Below, in pieces: positions 34,576-48,185 of a stretch of 64,000 bases of DNA. This stretch comes from Monocercomonoides exilis PA203 (taxonomy: Eukaryota > Protista > Preaxostyla): positions 558,001 to 622,000 of the forward strand of contig LSRY02000004.1 in NCBI GenBank assembly GCA_001643675.2. Reading direction: 5' to 3'. The notes under the pieces are model-generated. The model searched no databases. It saw nothing but the letters and a program-made list of their open reading frames with translations, and was not told the origin of the DNA. How positions within the stretch are numbered: position 1 is the first letter of the stretch; the number at the start of each line of letters is the position of its first letter. The translations under genes and the position numbers were made by a program.

Positions 34576-37500
34576 TTATCGTTTTTCTTCTTTTTCGTTG
34601 CTCTCGCAAATCAAACTCTCATTTCTCTCATCTGATGTGTTTTCAATGCAAATCGCATCAGTCACAGTGAGCATCACAGCTCCTGGTGGAAAGAGTTGAA
34701 TAAACTCTCTCTTCAAATATAGAAGCGATGGACGCTCGTTCATCTTGCTCGACAAGCACAGCTTTACAATTTCTTTAAGTGTTTGTTTTTGGATTGCTTC
34801 GATTTTTGGCCTCTCTCCATTCACAATCTTCTGCCCTGCCACCTCGGCCTCATTCTCCCCAAACGGGATCTGAAGTGTCAAACATTCCCACAGCATCATC
34901 CCAATTGAAAAGGCAACTGATTCCTTTGTTGCCCCCATCTTCTTGTTGATCAGCAGCTCTGGTGCCTTCCACCTCAAGCACTCTTTTTTGAAACTATCTT
35001 CATCCTCAAATGCTGATGATGGCAAAGAGTCGCTGTCATCATCATCACTGGCAGATGTCACAACTGTTGATGAAGAGATGGATGATGAATCTGAACTATC
35101 ATCGGATGAAAGCAAATCAGAGTGCATCACAATGCATATCACCATATGTTCTGAGAACAGCACAATGTGCGGGCTCAGATTGGCCAACGATTGGAGCGGG
35201 TTGTTCATTTCGTCGAAGGAGTGGAGAGCAAGATTCGCCACCCAGAACAGGATTTGGGCAGCCGTATATTCTCTCTGCTGCGGAGTGCCTATTTCCATCT
35301 CTTTCTTTTCATTCCTCCCGTGAAGCAGCATGAACAGCGAATCCCTCAGATCCACAATCAATTTCTCATGAGGAGATGAGCAGGCCATTGCATCCACCAG
35401 ATTCGACATCGACGAGGTGGTTGGACACAGACCCTCTCTCTGAACAAAAGTCGAATCTGAGTCAGTTGTTGAAGTGGTTGAAGTGGATGAGATGGATGGT
35501 GATGGTGTTCGCTTTCTTGTTTCCTCCTCTTCTTTTTCGTCAACCTTCTCCAGCATCCATTCAGGAATCTTGTCTGAATCTCTCCCCAAAATGTATTCAG
35601 TGGAGCCACTCTCGCTCAAAAGATGCTCTGAAGACTCAGAATGTTGCATATTCGTTTCATATATTCTCTTCTTCATTCTCTCATCATTCTTCTTCTCTGC
35701 CTCCCTCTCTGCCCTCCTCCACTGCTCCTCAGGAGACATCTCCATCGTCACCATTTCAAACGCCTTCGGATCTTTTCTGATGTTGTCATTCACAATCTCT
35801 CTCAGATCTTCTGCTTCATTCTTTGCTCTTTTCCATCGAACAATGAATACTATCGATACAATTAACAGTATTACCACGATCACAATACAAACAATCAAAA
35901 CCCATGAGATTTTTCCTTCTTTTCCTCCTTTTGAGATTCTTTCATCATCTGTTGGTGAAGTCACGCTTGAATTCTTCAGAATGAATGAATTTGTTGATGA
36001 AGGAGATTCTGCATTCCCAAACAAAACAGAAACACTCACTTCTATTTCATCTCCACAACTGCTGATGAGATCTTTTGCCACACTTCCTTCAACTTCTCTT
36101 TCTGACAGGAATCCATTTGAATCAAAATCATGTTTTTCAATCTCTTTCTCTTCTCCCTTCCTCTTCACAACTGAGAATGACAGATTGCATGGAACAAGAA
36201 GCAATCCTTTGAATGTCAACTTCATTCTATCTGTCTCTTCCTTTGCTTCCACACTTTCCAACACAGGAATGAAGAATGGTGAATCTCTTTCAGAAGCAAT
36301 CCCTTCAAAACTGCATCCATCATTCAACATCCAAAGTGATGTGTTTCTTTCCCATCCATCTCTTCCTTTCAAACTCACCACATTCAATACCCCAGTATCT
36401 GAACAGAGAATGTTCCTCCTAACTGATGGATATCCTTCAATTGATGGATTATTGTTCTCAAATTTTCCATCATTAACAGTCATCGCCCCGACACTAATTG
36501 TTATTCCTCCTTCTTGTGAATAAGATATTGCGGTGTCTTTCATTATCGCATTGCTTGACTTAACGTCCACAATCGATCCATTCCAACCACATAATGGGTT
36601 AAGTTCTTTGTCTTTTTCTTGTTCATATTCTCCAAAAGCCTTTTTCTTCTGATGGCTGACTGGCTCATCCATTGCTTTTCCATCAAACAAACACGAAACA
36701 ACAGAAACATTCGAACTGTTTGAAACAGACAAATGGCTTCCTTTCTCAGTTGAAAGAAGACAATAAGAAAATGAACAATTTATCAGATTCACATTTGCTT
36801 TGCTCATCTCAATTCTCACAACACTTTTATTGTTGTTGGTGTTCCCATGTGATGAAATATTCCTTAATGTTGCAGCGGATATTCTGAGACTTCCCTTATC
36901 TTCATCATTTCTTCTTCCATTTCCATTCATGTTCAGCTCTTCCTTGTTCGTTGAGATCAGACAGCCATTGTTCAATGAGATATTGAAACAGTTCATTTTT
37001 TCAATCGAGATAGTTGCTCTCGATCCAATTACCACAACATCATCTGTCGATGTGAGAGAGTCCAGAGTCGTTTGGAACAACATTATTTCTGATTCATCAG
37101 AAAATAAAAGAAAGGGTTTTGCAAAAGACAGCCAGCTGAAGGATGTCTCGCTCATCTTCAGAACTCCTCCCCATACAGCCATCACATGTGAATCCACCTC
37201 CAACGAGGCATCGGCTGCTGTGAATGTGCACTGTGACACTTCCAACGATCCATGAGATTCAGCGAAAACTGCTGAGTGAATTGCCTCAAACGAAGAGGCA
37301 AATGATATCAGGCAGTTGCGAACTGTGCAATCCTCCTCAAACAGAACCACACTCAGCGCATCTCCAGTATGTGGAATGGATGTGCTCAGCTGGATTGTTG
37401 CCTGCTGCTTTGTCGAAGGCAGGATGGACAGCCCATGCACAGTTGTCTCTGAGAGGAAGGTGGATGAGGTGTTGATGAAAATGATGTTGAGCAGTCCTGG

Positions 37501-40500
37501 CTGGATGTGGTGAACAGCAGATGAGATGCTCTGGCAGGGGTTTGTTGGCAATCCACACTGGCGAGTGTCTGCCGAATCGAGACACACAAAGATCGGGGGT
37601 GCATACAAGAAGGTGATCAAGGGGATCAAGTCCACATCCTGCTCATCAGCATCACTCGCACAGATGGACTTGTTCGATTGGAGCGACTCCTGGGTGAAGT
37701 CGAGGGCAAAGAGTGTTTCGTTGATCTGCTGCTCGATCGAATGGCAGTTGATGAATATATCCTTCCCCACCAGTGCATCATTCATTGTGAATCGGATCTC
37801 TGAAATCTTCAGTGGGAGAAACAATGGGCCATCTTGTGCTGGTGCTGGTGTTGGTGCTGGTGATGAGGGATCCACACAATCAAACATTATTCCTCCTCCT
37901 CTCCCAGCCACAGTCGAGCACTTGCAGAGTGTGAATGAGCATTGCCTCATCTCCACCGATGACTCCTCGCTTTTCACACACATCATCAGTGCCCCTCCCC
38001 TTTCACTCGCCTCGCTCACACACCGGCTGAATGTGCACTTCTCAACAACACTCTCCACTCCATCGAACACTCCGAGGCAAAGAATGGTTGCACTGTCACC
38101 AGAGCACGTGGTGTTGGCAAATGAGGATGACTGGATTTGGAGGGAGCAACAAGGCTTGTCTGGCACCTCGTTGTGAGCAGATGAATTCACAGGCAGATGA
38201 GATGGTGTTCTTTCGAATGACACAAGAGAGCAAGAAGATGTCGAGACATTCGAGACTGTCATGTTGGAAAGGAGGATTGACTGAGAAGGAAGCGAAACAA
38301 GGAGAAATGGCTGGACCAATGATAAAGAGGACAATGTGCAATTGCCAATCAACAGGCTTCCCTCTGAAATACTCATCAAAGAATATGACACATGATCACT
38401 GGAACTTTGAGTTGTGAAAGAACAGTGCTTCATTTCGAGAAGCGATGAGGAAGTTGATGATCTGATGAATGTTCTGCGATGGGCAAATGCTGTTGGGATT
38501 TGGAAGGAGAGAATCTCAAATGAAAGATGGATTGTCGAATGGATCATCCATTCTTCACTTCCAAACGGATCATCACCCACACAAATCCCCGATTCATTGT
38601 CTTTCCCAGTGAATTTCATTGAGATTTGTTCTGATTCAACAGAAGATGAAAGGGAAAGGGAAGAGGTGAGTGAGGAAATGTGAGACACAGAGACGGACAA
38701 TCCATCTTCATCATCAGAAGTACTTCCAGGGAGTGGGGTGAATTTGAGGGAGATGAGATGGGAGACAGATCTGCATGGAGCAACAGCATATCCACATCCA
38801 CTGAAGTCTCCTCCATCCTGCCCATTTACAAATCCACACCCGCTGAAGTTGTTCCACAGATACAAAACAAGAGGAATCACAAACTCAACCCCTTTGCTGC
38901 TTCTCTCCCACCCACACAGCTCGTCAAGTGATGACTTTTCCTTCTCACTCATCTCCCAGCAGAAATGCGCTGAATCCACAACCTCATCCAGAGAACTCCC
39001 ATTCACGAACACATTCTTCCCTTTCCAGGCACAGCATCCCGCAAACTTCATATCCAGGAGAACAAATTGACTTGCATCATTCTCCAAAGACAGAAACATT
39101 CCTCCTCCACATCCATCCTCTTCTCCTTCTTCCCTCTTTCCTGCACAGCACCTTTCAAACTTCGATGATCCATTCACAACCATTTCATCATTGCCTCTCA
39201 GACACATTTGCATCCCTCCACCTTTTGCCACGTTTCCCTTTGCCCAACATCCATTCAATGTGCAGTTATTAATTATCAGTTGCTTCTTTTCTGTCTCGTG
39301 GACACTTGACTCATCCTTATCAAATGCACAAGCTCCATTTCCATTCTCTTTTGTGATTCCCTCAAAAACACACTCAACACAATTCATATCAAAACTGCTC
39401 CCCTTCCCTTCAATCAACGAATGGGATGAAAACACAATTGCGCCTTTTGTCTCAAACATTTCCATCTTCAACTCCCCTCCAACCACACTCACAAAGCAGA
39501 ATCCAATCTCATTCACAATCTCAGAAAACACAGTCACTGATTGTGTTTGCAACATTGATGAGCAGTTCGAAAGAGTGAGAGAGGAAGTGAAAGTGGGGAG
39601 TGTGATGAAAGAGTGGGCATCTGAGAGAGATGAAGGAAGGGAGAAGCAGATGTTGTGTATTGAGCACTCTGTGGAAACACTCACCAGCCACTGGTTAGAG
39701 AGCTCTTGTGGTGCATGCACATCAACAACCATTCCCCTTTCCTCACATGAAATGTTCCAAACTGGTCCATCCATCGTTATCTCCTCATTCAGCACATATC
39801 CCTTTCCAACAGCAATCTGCCTTTGTGATGAGCCAAATCTGAGCTGAGCAGTATGCATTATCTTCTGACATGGGAAGAAGCTGAATCCGCAAAAATTCGA
39901 ATCAAAAACCCAGTTAACTTCAGTTCCTCCAACATGTGCTGGTGGTTGGAATGACTCCAAAAATACATTCAACGGAAACAGTCCCATCTCACTCAGACTT
40001 CTATCAATACCCATCAACTCTTCATATCCCAGTCCATTCAAAGAAACACAAATCTTCTCCAAATTGATTATCTCGACATTCATGTAGCTCCCATTCACAA
40101 AGATACCTCTCCCTCCCTCTCTTGCCTCACAATCCACAAAACTCACTGATGAAATCACAAAGTTTTCTGCCCCATCCCCCAGCAAGAGATACAATCCTCC
40201 TCCACACTTGCTGCATGAACAAGAGTTGAGTGTGGTTGGAAACGAGGAGGATCCCATTCTGAAGGTGCTGGTGGATGATGTCATCTCAACTCTGATCCCT
40301 CCTCCACTCCCACTCGTACACTCACAGTTCTCGATTGTTGTGTTCCACAGACAAAATGACTCTCCCTCACTGATTGTCTTTGACATCACTGCTCCATCCC
40401 CTTCTGTTTTTGCAACATGTGAAAAGTTGGAATTGGCAACAAAACATTCATCACAGTTCGAAAAAGGAGAAGATGAAGATATTAACAACAATGAAGCAGA

Positions 40501-42770
40501 AGAGATTTCCTGAAATAGACTGACCTTGGACAATATGTTCTTGACAATGCAATCAGTCATTCGAAAGTTGGAAAAATTCACCTCAAACAAACTGTTCAAA
40601 TATTCTTTTGAGGGTGGGCCTTCCTGACTCAATGGGGTGCAAATAACAAGTTCTTGAAGAAATAATTGAGAATTTGAGGAGCTTAATCTGAACAATCTTG
40701 AACTTTCATGCGAGTCAAATACAATGCTCAAAGAAGACAGTTTGCATATCCCATCATCCACACTCAGAAATACTTGGTCAGCTCCAACCTGGACTGGATC
40801 CAATTGAGTCAGATCCCTTCCTCCCCCTTGAATAGAAATTCTCTTCCCAAACACAACATATCCATTTGATTCGGATATCTCATATGTTCCCTCAATAAGC
40901 ATGATTCTGCATCTGCTCTTTGTTAATTCATTTTCAAGTGTGAATTTCAATGATCTGCAACCATCCTCAACAGTCAACCCACACAACGCATTATTGTTTC
41001 CTCCATATGGAATGACATATCTCACAAGAAATCCATTTGGCATCCATCCATTCTTTGTTCCTTGTGAGGAACTCACACATCTGCTTTCTCCACTTGTTAA
41101 AGAATAACATTCAACAAATGGATTTTCAACGATTTTTTGAGAAGTGTCATTCAGATAAACATCTGATGCCTGAATGGCGGAATTATTGAAGAAGAAGCAA
41201 TAGAAACAGAACTTAGAATTCATTTCAAGAGGGTTTGCATTAAACCATATTCCTCCTCCAGATGAAGTGTTTGTAAAACAATTCCGAAAGATACATTCAC
41301 TCATAATGAAAAATTTTGGAGAATTAATTTCAATACACAATCCCCCTCCAAAATTATATTCAGATGTTTTTTTAGAACATGTCACATTTCCTAAAAGTAT
41401 TGGTGATCCATTTTCGAGAGTATTCAAATTGCATTCCATTGATAAGGAAGTGCTTCCATAATTGAAGAAGAATGCTCCTCCGGTCGATCGTGTATATCCG
41501 TTTTGTGCAATCGTATGGATAACATCATAGCATTGAGATTTGTTAATAAAGATTGCTCCTCCATGAGATCCCATCTCTTTGACATCTCTTTTTCAGAAGC
41601 AATGATCGAATGAGCAGTTCTCTATTCTTGTGCTCAAAGAATTAAAAACACAAATTCCTTCTCCCCATCTGCTGCAGGAGCAATTCTAAATTCAAACAAC
41701 AAAAAGAAAAGAGAAAAAGAATAAAAAATAGAAAAAGTCAATAACTTCCATATTTTTTGATGGAAAATATTAACGAATCAAACCATGAAAATACAGTTCT
41801 TTGTCCTCAGTGTTGATGAAGGACCATTGAATAAGATGGCCCCTCCACATGTGTGAAATCCCTCATCAATTGCTGAATAATTTGTCACATGCTGATTGAC
41901 AAATTCGGTATATTGAAAGCTCCAATCCTCCTTGAGCTCCACCCTCGAACCAATGTTCATGGTTCTGGCACAATGCATCACACTTGTGTTGAAAGCATTC
42001 AAAGCACGATTTCTGTCTCCAATTCCTCCATATAACACGTTTTCAACACCAAACAATTTGCATTCAGAAATGATGAATGCTCCATTTCCTTTTTGAATTT
42101 CTGTTATTTCTAAACAAAATGGATCCTTCTTTTGAGTGAAAGAAATGTTCAAGAAGACACATTTGTCAATGAACAAAGAAGATGAAGGTGAGGAATCAAT
42201 AATCGGGGCCTTTTCAAACACCAAATCAGAAAATGTTGAAGATGACAACATGATTGCTTCAAAATCATTCACAATGTATTTTTTGCAGGAAGAATGCTCA
42301 GAAACCACCAATTGTGGAATTGGATTGCTTTGACTTTTTGTGTTCATTGATATGTTGTTGAACAGTGCTACTCCATGTGCAATTCTGAACATGCCGTTTG
42401 CTTTCTCATTGTTGAACAACACCAAACACTCGAGAACTGCGACGTTTGATAAAGTTAAATCAACAATAATTGTGTCTCCTTTTGTTTGCAACTGCAACTT
42501 TGAGAAAGTTATTGAGGTGTTCATCAATGAAAACGAAGTTTTCAAACAAGAAAACTCCAATATTCCATCTTCTCGATAATGAGTGAATTGATCTTCACTG
42601 TTGTTGCTTTGTGAATAATTCGATTTTGGATAGATTAATGAATATTCATCGTTTCTGGAAAAAACGAAAAGGGACGGTTCAACATTTGCATGAATCAAAG
42701 AGTTATCTTCAAAAGCATTGACATTCAAGTGAAAACTCAGAAATGAAACAAATTGAATGACTAACAGCAT
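34576..42770 (-). CDS. Giant single-pass receptor-like protein: signal peptide, PMP/beta-helix-like repeats, TM helix, degenerate kinase C-lobe; one in-frame TGA (possible young pseudogene)
   Basis: Signal-like MLLVIQFVSFLSFHLNVNA. Repeated GGA(I/L/F) and CG....PC motifs. TM segment WVLIVCIVIVVILLIVSIVFIV followed by RWKR. Kinase-like LANLSPHIVLF, RWKAPE, FSIGMMLWE, IPF, ERP. Phase-0 intron at 41686-41783; TGA at 41593-41595. Confidence 0.8.
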
Positions 42771-43394
42771 GCAGGAATGATATTTTAATATTCCAGCACC
42801 ATACAATCAAATAAATATGGTATTTTGGTTTTTCAACAATAAGACAAAAATGAAAAACAAACACATGAACATTTTTGCTATAAAGAAAATTGAATCAAGT
42901 GATTTCAGAAAATAAAAATAAGTCTCAAATTATTTTTCAGAAACTTGTTAATTTTAAAAAAAAAAAGAAAAGAAAAGAAAACTGTAAATTTTCTATTGAA
43001 TTGTTTGTTAAATTTTTTTAACAATTGAACCAATTGTTTATCATATTTCACGAATTGAAGATTTCGAATTGTTTATATGGGAAAGAGAATTTTTTTTTTC
43101 CATTTATTAGTTGACTTTGAAACATGCAATGTAATTCTTTTATCAGAGCTTTATCAATTTTTTATTTTATTATTGTTTTGCGAATGAGACAAAATAATTT
43201 GCATATTGAATTTTGTTCCACCAATAATATTCTAATTTTTTTCAACACAGAAAAGTTTAATAATTTTATTTTTGTTATATCATCAACTTTTTTTGAAAAT
43301 TAAAGTTGAAAAAGTTTTGAACAAAGCGAAATAGTTTTTCAAAAATTATAAAATCACACCAAAATTTTCATGTCCCATCATAAATACTTTGGAA

Positions 43395-44998
43395 ATGCTT
43401 CACAAAGAAAAGCATGTTCAGTTTGTGCATAAACTGATGCATGTTTGAAAATTATTTAGCGATGTAAATTAATAAATGACTTATTGGAAAAAAAAAATTG
43501 AAAACATATTTTTATAGGCACCGGAAACATTAGAATCCATTATGACAGAACATTTAAAAATGAATGCGATTTATTGGGGATTATCTGTTCTTGATTTGCT
43601 GGATTCATTACCCAGCAAGGAAGAGAGCGATGAAATTATGAAATGGATTATGTCATGCAGAAATAGGGATGGTGTGCGCTTGCTGTTTTCCATCAACTTT
43701 TATTTCATTGGTGATTAAGGAGGATTCGGAGGAGCTCCTATGCATGATTCACACATCCTTTACACTTTATCAGCAATTCAATCCGCAGTAATACTTGGGC
43801 ATCTCGATCAAATCGATTGTGATTCTGTTGTTAATTGTTTGATTTTTTGCTGAATTCAAAAGATAATAAAATTTTCATTTTTATATTAATAGATATTGTA
43901 GGCTTGCAAAAGCCAGATGGATCATTTATGGGAGATAAATTTGGAGAAATTGATACGAGGTAATTCTTCTTCTTAAGGATTTATTCTGAATTTTAAGATT
44001 ATATTTTTCAGATTTGTTTATTGCTCGTGCCTTTCGCTCTCAATCCTCGGCAAACTTGATGCAATAAATCAGAAGTCCGCAGCTGAATACATTGAAAAGT
44101 TTTGTGGATTTGCTTGTTATCATTTCAGTTTAAATGATGGATATTTTATACTTTGACAAGATGCAAAAACTGGGACGGAGGATTTGGGCAAAAGGAGAGC
44201 TCAGAGTCTCATGGTGGTCAAAGTTTGATACATTTGAAAATTGTTAATTTCAAAAATTATACGAATTTTATTCTAACAATTAATATTTGTTCAACGCTAG
44301 TTTTTTGTTGTGTTGGGGCATTATCATTGCTAAACAGATTAGATATTGTTGAAAAGGATAAACTTGCTTGGTGTGTGTACAAAAATGTACATTTCCCGAT
44401 AATTTGAATTCGTTTTGTTGATACTTGTATTTTTCAAAACAAATTGAAATATCTGTCACAAATATTTTTCAAATTAACGTTTTTCACATTTTATTCACAC
44501 TCAAAATTTTTTCAAGGTGGCTGTCGGAGCGTCAAACGTCAGTTGGTGGATTATGCGGAAGACCGGAAAAAGATCCAGATGTTTGCTATTCGTGGTGGAT
44601 TTTATCATCTCTCGCAATCCTTGACAGGCTTAAGTGGATTAGTTGCGATGCATTGTCCGCATTTATTCTTCATTGCCAGGTATCATTTTCTAATGATAAT
44701 ATTTTTGTTTAGCAATCAGTATTTTTTTGTGAATTTTTATAAAATACAATAATTATTTCATTTTCATCAAAAGGATCCTGAGAATGGAGGAATCAGCGAT
44801 GCTCCTGACAATGTTGCAGACGTGTATCACACATTTTTTGGCATTGCCGGATTATCATTAATGGGGAAATGCGATTTGAAAAGAACTATTGATCCTTCAT
44901 ATGCCCTAACACATCGTGCGCTTGAATCAATTGGCATTAATAAAGAGAAAATATCGTTGCCAAAAGTTGAAAAAATTAAAGAAAAGAAAGATGAATAA
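43395..44998 (+). CDS. RABGGTB: Rab geranylgeranyltransferase (GGTase-II) beta subunit, 9 exons
   Basis: Spliced product contains [69 protein letters not shown] and [14 protein letters not shown]. Eight GT-AG introns. Confidence 0.93.
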
Positions 44999-45134
44999 TA
45001 GCTTTTATTTTTATAAGCATTTCATTTTTTGTAATATTTTTTTACGAGGAATTTCTTTTTCTAAAAATCATTTGATCTTTTGACTTAAATTAAGGGTTTC
45101 TGTTTCCAAAAACAATCTCCTTTCAATTGGGAAT

Positions 45135-45698
45135 ATGGCAGAACCAGCTCCGCACGCTACAAAACCACGCTTCCAAAACAGGTTTTCAAACGATTCAATT
45201 ATCAACGATTAGCGCTTTTTAAATTAAAAATTGCATTTCTGAATATTTTTACAGATTTAAGCCTTCTGTTGTGAAAGAACTGATGCGAAAAGTTATGATT
45301 GATAAACTAGATGGACAAGAATATCATTCTGAAAATACTCCTTCGTGGTCTCGAGAAATTTCTGATGACATTCGAAATCAACTCAAAGGTGAATATTTTC
45401 CTTATTCTTTGAACTTTTGAATTTAAATTCGATTCAAAATTTTTTATTTTTTTATAGAGCTTGATTTTGACAGATATAAATATTGCGTTCAAGTTATAAT
45501 TGGGGAACAAAAAGGTGAAGGAATAAGATTTGGATTTAGAGCTTTGTGGGATGCGGATACGGACGATTGGGCACAAGAAATATATATGAATGTGTGCTAC
45601 TTTTTCTTTTATCGAATTATCAAATGAAATTTATTTTTTAATTTCAGGAAAGCTTGTTTTGCGTTGCTGTTGTTTTTGGTACATACTTTTATTCATAG
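45135..45698 (+). CDS. TCTEX1D2: Tctex-1 family dynein light chain (TCTEX1D2/Tctex2b type), 4 exons
   Basis: Spliced product ..RFKPSVVKELM..DRYKYCVQVIIGEQKGEG..ALWDADTD..YMNESLFCVAVVFGTYFYS*. Missed by the ORF track because of its introns. Confidence 0.88.
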
Positions 45699-45720
45699 GA
45701 TTAAAATAATCATTCTCTCC

Positions 45721-47990
45721 ATGCTTCTTGTTTTCCTTTCTAAGTATAAAAGATATTATTTGTTAAATCAACTCATTCTCCAACATTTTACACCTTTCAT
45801 TTCAAAGCTGATTTTTCTTAAACTTGATAATTTTGCACATAATCATTTACCACTTCACTGAATTTTATTCTTATTTTTGTGTTATAACATTATTTTGCTA
45901 GTGCCGGAGTTTATTTTGTGAACAATGTTATTGTCCCAAATTTAAAAAATGATTTCCATTTTACTTTTAATTATCCCTTCTATCACAAAGGTGTGAAATA
46001 TTTGTCTTGTATTTCGCAAACAAAAGATTTATCTGTTCAGGGCTCCTTTTATGGTGAAGTTTTCAGATTTGCTATTGTTACGGATAACGATTATTTCTTT
46101 AACGATACTCCGAACTTCTGGAAGTCAAACTTAAAGGTGTGTCACAAAACATAAATACCATTTTGAATGCTATGATACATTATAAATAAATACAAATATT
46201 AGTTTGGCTCTTTTATTGAAAACGAGAATGGCTTGTATGATTTAATTTGGGAAGGTGATAAGCCACTTACATATCGCTGTCACAGAAGAAATAACCGCTC
46301 AATGGAATTGAGCGAACTTGTTGCATATCATGGAAAATTGTATGGCTTTTGCGACATGACAGGAATAATGTTTGAAATTACAAAAGATTTATCGGCTGTT
46401 CCAATACAAATCCTATTTGGAGGAAATGGTCTCCGCTTTCCGCATAACATTAATCCATCTTTTGATTATCGACCATATTCGGAAAAGAAACACGAGCGTG
46501 TAACATCTTCTTCCGAATTGTTTAAGAAATTCGATCATCTCAATTCATCAAGATTTACTCATTTTGAATTTCCTTCGCTTGATGATCCTTCAGTTGTTCA
46601 GCCTTCTTATTTTGAATACGATAAATTTTATGTTCCGTTAAAGACAGAAAGAACTCAGTCATCATCCAGCGAATTTGTTGTTCCGCAACATTGCGATATT
46701 GACTGGAAAGAAATTCCTGCACCACAAAAAACGGAATGGGCAACTGTTAAGGATGACCTTCTTTATGTTGGATCAACTGGAAGAGAATGGATCACAAGAG
46801 AAGTTTGCATTTTTAACTTTGGTAATTTAAAATTGCTTAATTTTGGATTATGAATTTCTTTAAACAGAAAATGATTAATCATTATGACATGGAGTGGGTA
46901 AATATATTAGCAGAACGCTCAACTCCAAATCCAAATGAGCCAACAATTCCAAGTTTGCTTTGCTTATCCCTCAAACGATGTATTCTTTGATTGCTTTTTA
47001 ATTTTCTTTATTTTATTGTTTTTATTTTTTTTAAATATGATAACTGCCTCATTTTCCAATGACTATTATTTTTTTTTAGTGCCTGTTTACCACTCGAATT
47101 TCTCATCTCCATACACTCGAATGCGTTTGACAACCGGAACTCAGTTCCCTGGCTACCTTCTGCACGAAAGTGCAGTTTTTGATGAGGCTCATCGCGAATG
47201 GATATTTTTGCCAAAGCACGAAAGCTTTGAGAGATACGATGAGATTAAGGACGAGGTATTTACGCTTTTAAAACGAAAATTATCTTAATTTTTTTCAAAA
47301 TTTATTCGATTTTTTCTTTTGATTATACTTTATTTATATGATTTTATCGATTCAAACAAATAAAAAAAAATATTCTGTATAATTTATCACTCACTGTTAT
47401 GTTCTGCTTGCTGATATGCTAATTTTAACACTATCTTTGATGTTATGCAAAGTGTGCCGGATCAAACACACTTCTTGTCTGTTCTGAAAACTTCACTTCC
47501 ATCTCCACTTCAACACTCGGCCCCAAAGAGCCTGCCTGGGGTGTATCTTCCTTCCGTCTTTTGCCTCAGCACAAATTGTCGCAGAAGCGTCATCCCAATC
47601 GCAGAGCCTTGGCGATGGTGAAGACGACAGAGCGAGGCGTTGGAGAGCGTAGGCAACTGCTGTCCAAAGTGGGAATATTCGATATCAACTCTGGAGAGTC
47701 GCTGCTGAACACTCCTGTAACATCACAGAACGCTATAACTCGTATTTATCATGATGAAACCAGAACTAACTGCGAGAATGATTCGGGGACAAATGATGAT
47801 CGTTTGTTAAGTCTTTTAATTTTTTCTGTAACATAATATATTTTTATTTGTTTTTTCAAAAGTTTTTGTGTGGACAAATGATGTTAATAAGTATGAAGGG
47901 TTTGAGTTCTTGGAAGGAACAAATCTCGAGCATATACGCATATGGAATGGAAAGATTATCGATCTTAGACCTCCTCATAAAAAGAATTAA
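45721..47990 (+). CDS. CANT1: Calcium-activated nucleotidase / Cimex-type apyrase (five-bladed beta-propeller), ~7 exons; true start may lie upstream
   Basis: Motifs FAIVTDND, RSMELSELVAYHGKLY..CDMTG, KTEWATVKDDLLYVGSTGREW, GYLLHESA..W.FLP and KYEGFEF. Introns are in phase. Confidence 0.88.
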
Positions 47991-48185
47991 TATTAGTATT
48001 TATGCATTTTTTTATTTTTGTTGAAAAAAGATACACACAAGTTATGCAACTCATATCACTTTCTGTTCATTTTCGTGAACTTCAGTTTTTTTTTTTTGAA
48101 AATCTTTTTTTCACATTTTTTAATGAAGTGAAACAAAAAAATATCAAAATATTATTACAATGAATAAATTTTCAAAAAAAAAGTT

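Noticed and set aside
41593-41595. Selenocysteine at the in-frame TGA
   Set aside because: No SECIS was recognised, and this protein type is not a known selenoprotein.
17790-45698. Functional ciliary cluster (IFT140 plus dynein light chain)
   Set aside because: The genes are 22 kb apart with unrelated genes between them; chance co-location is sufficient.
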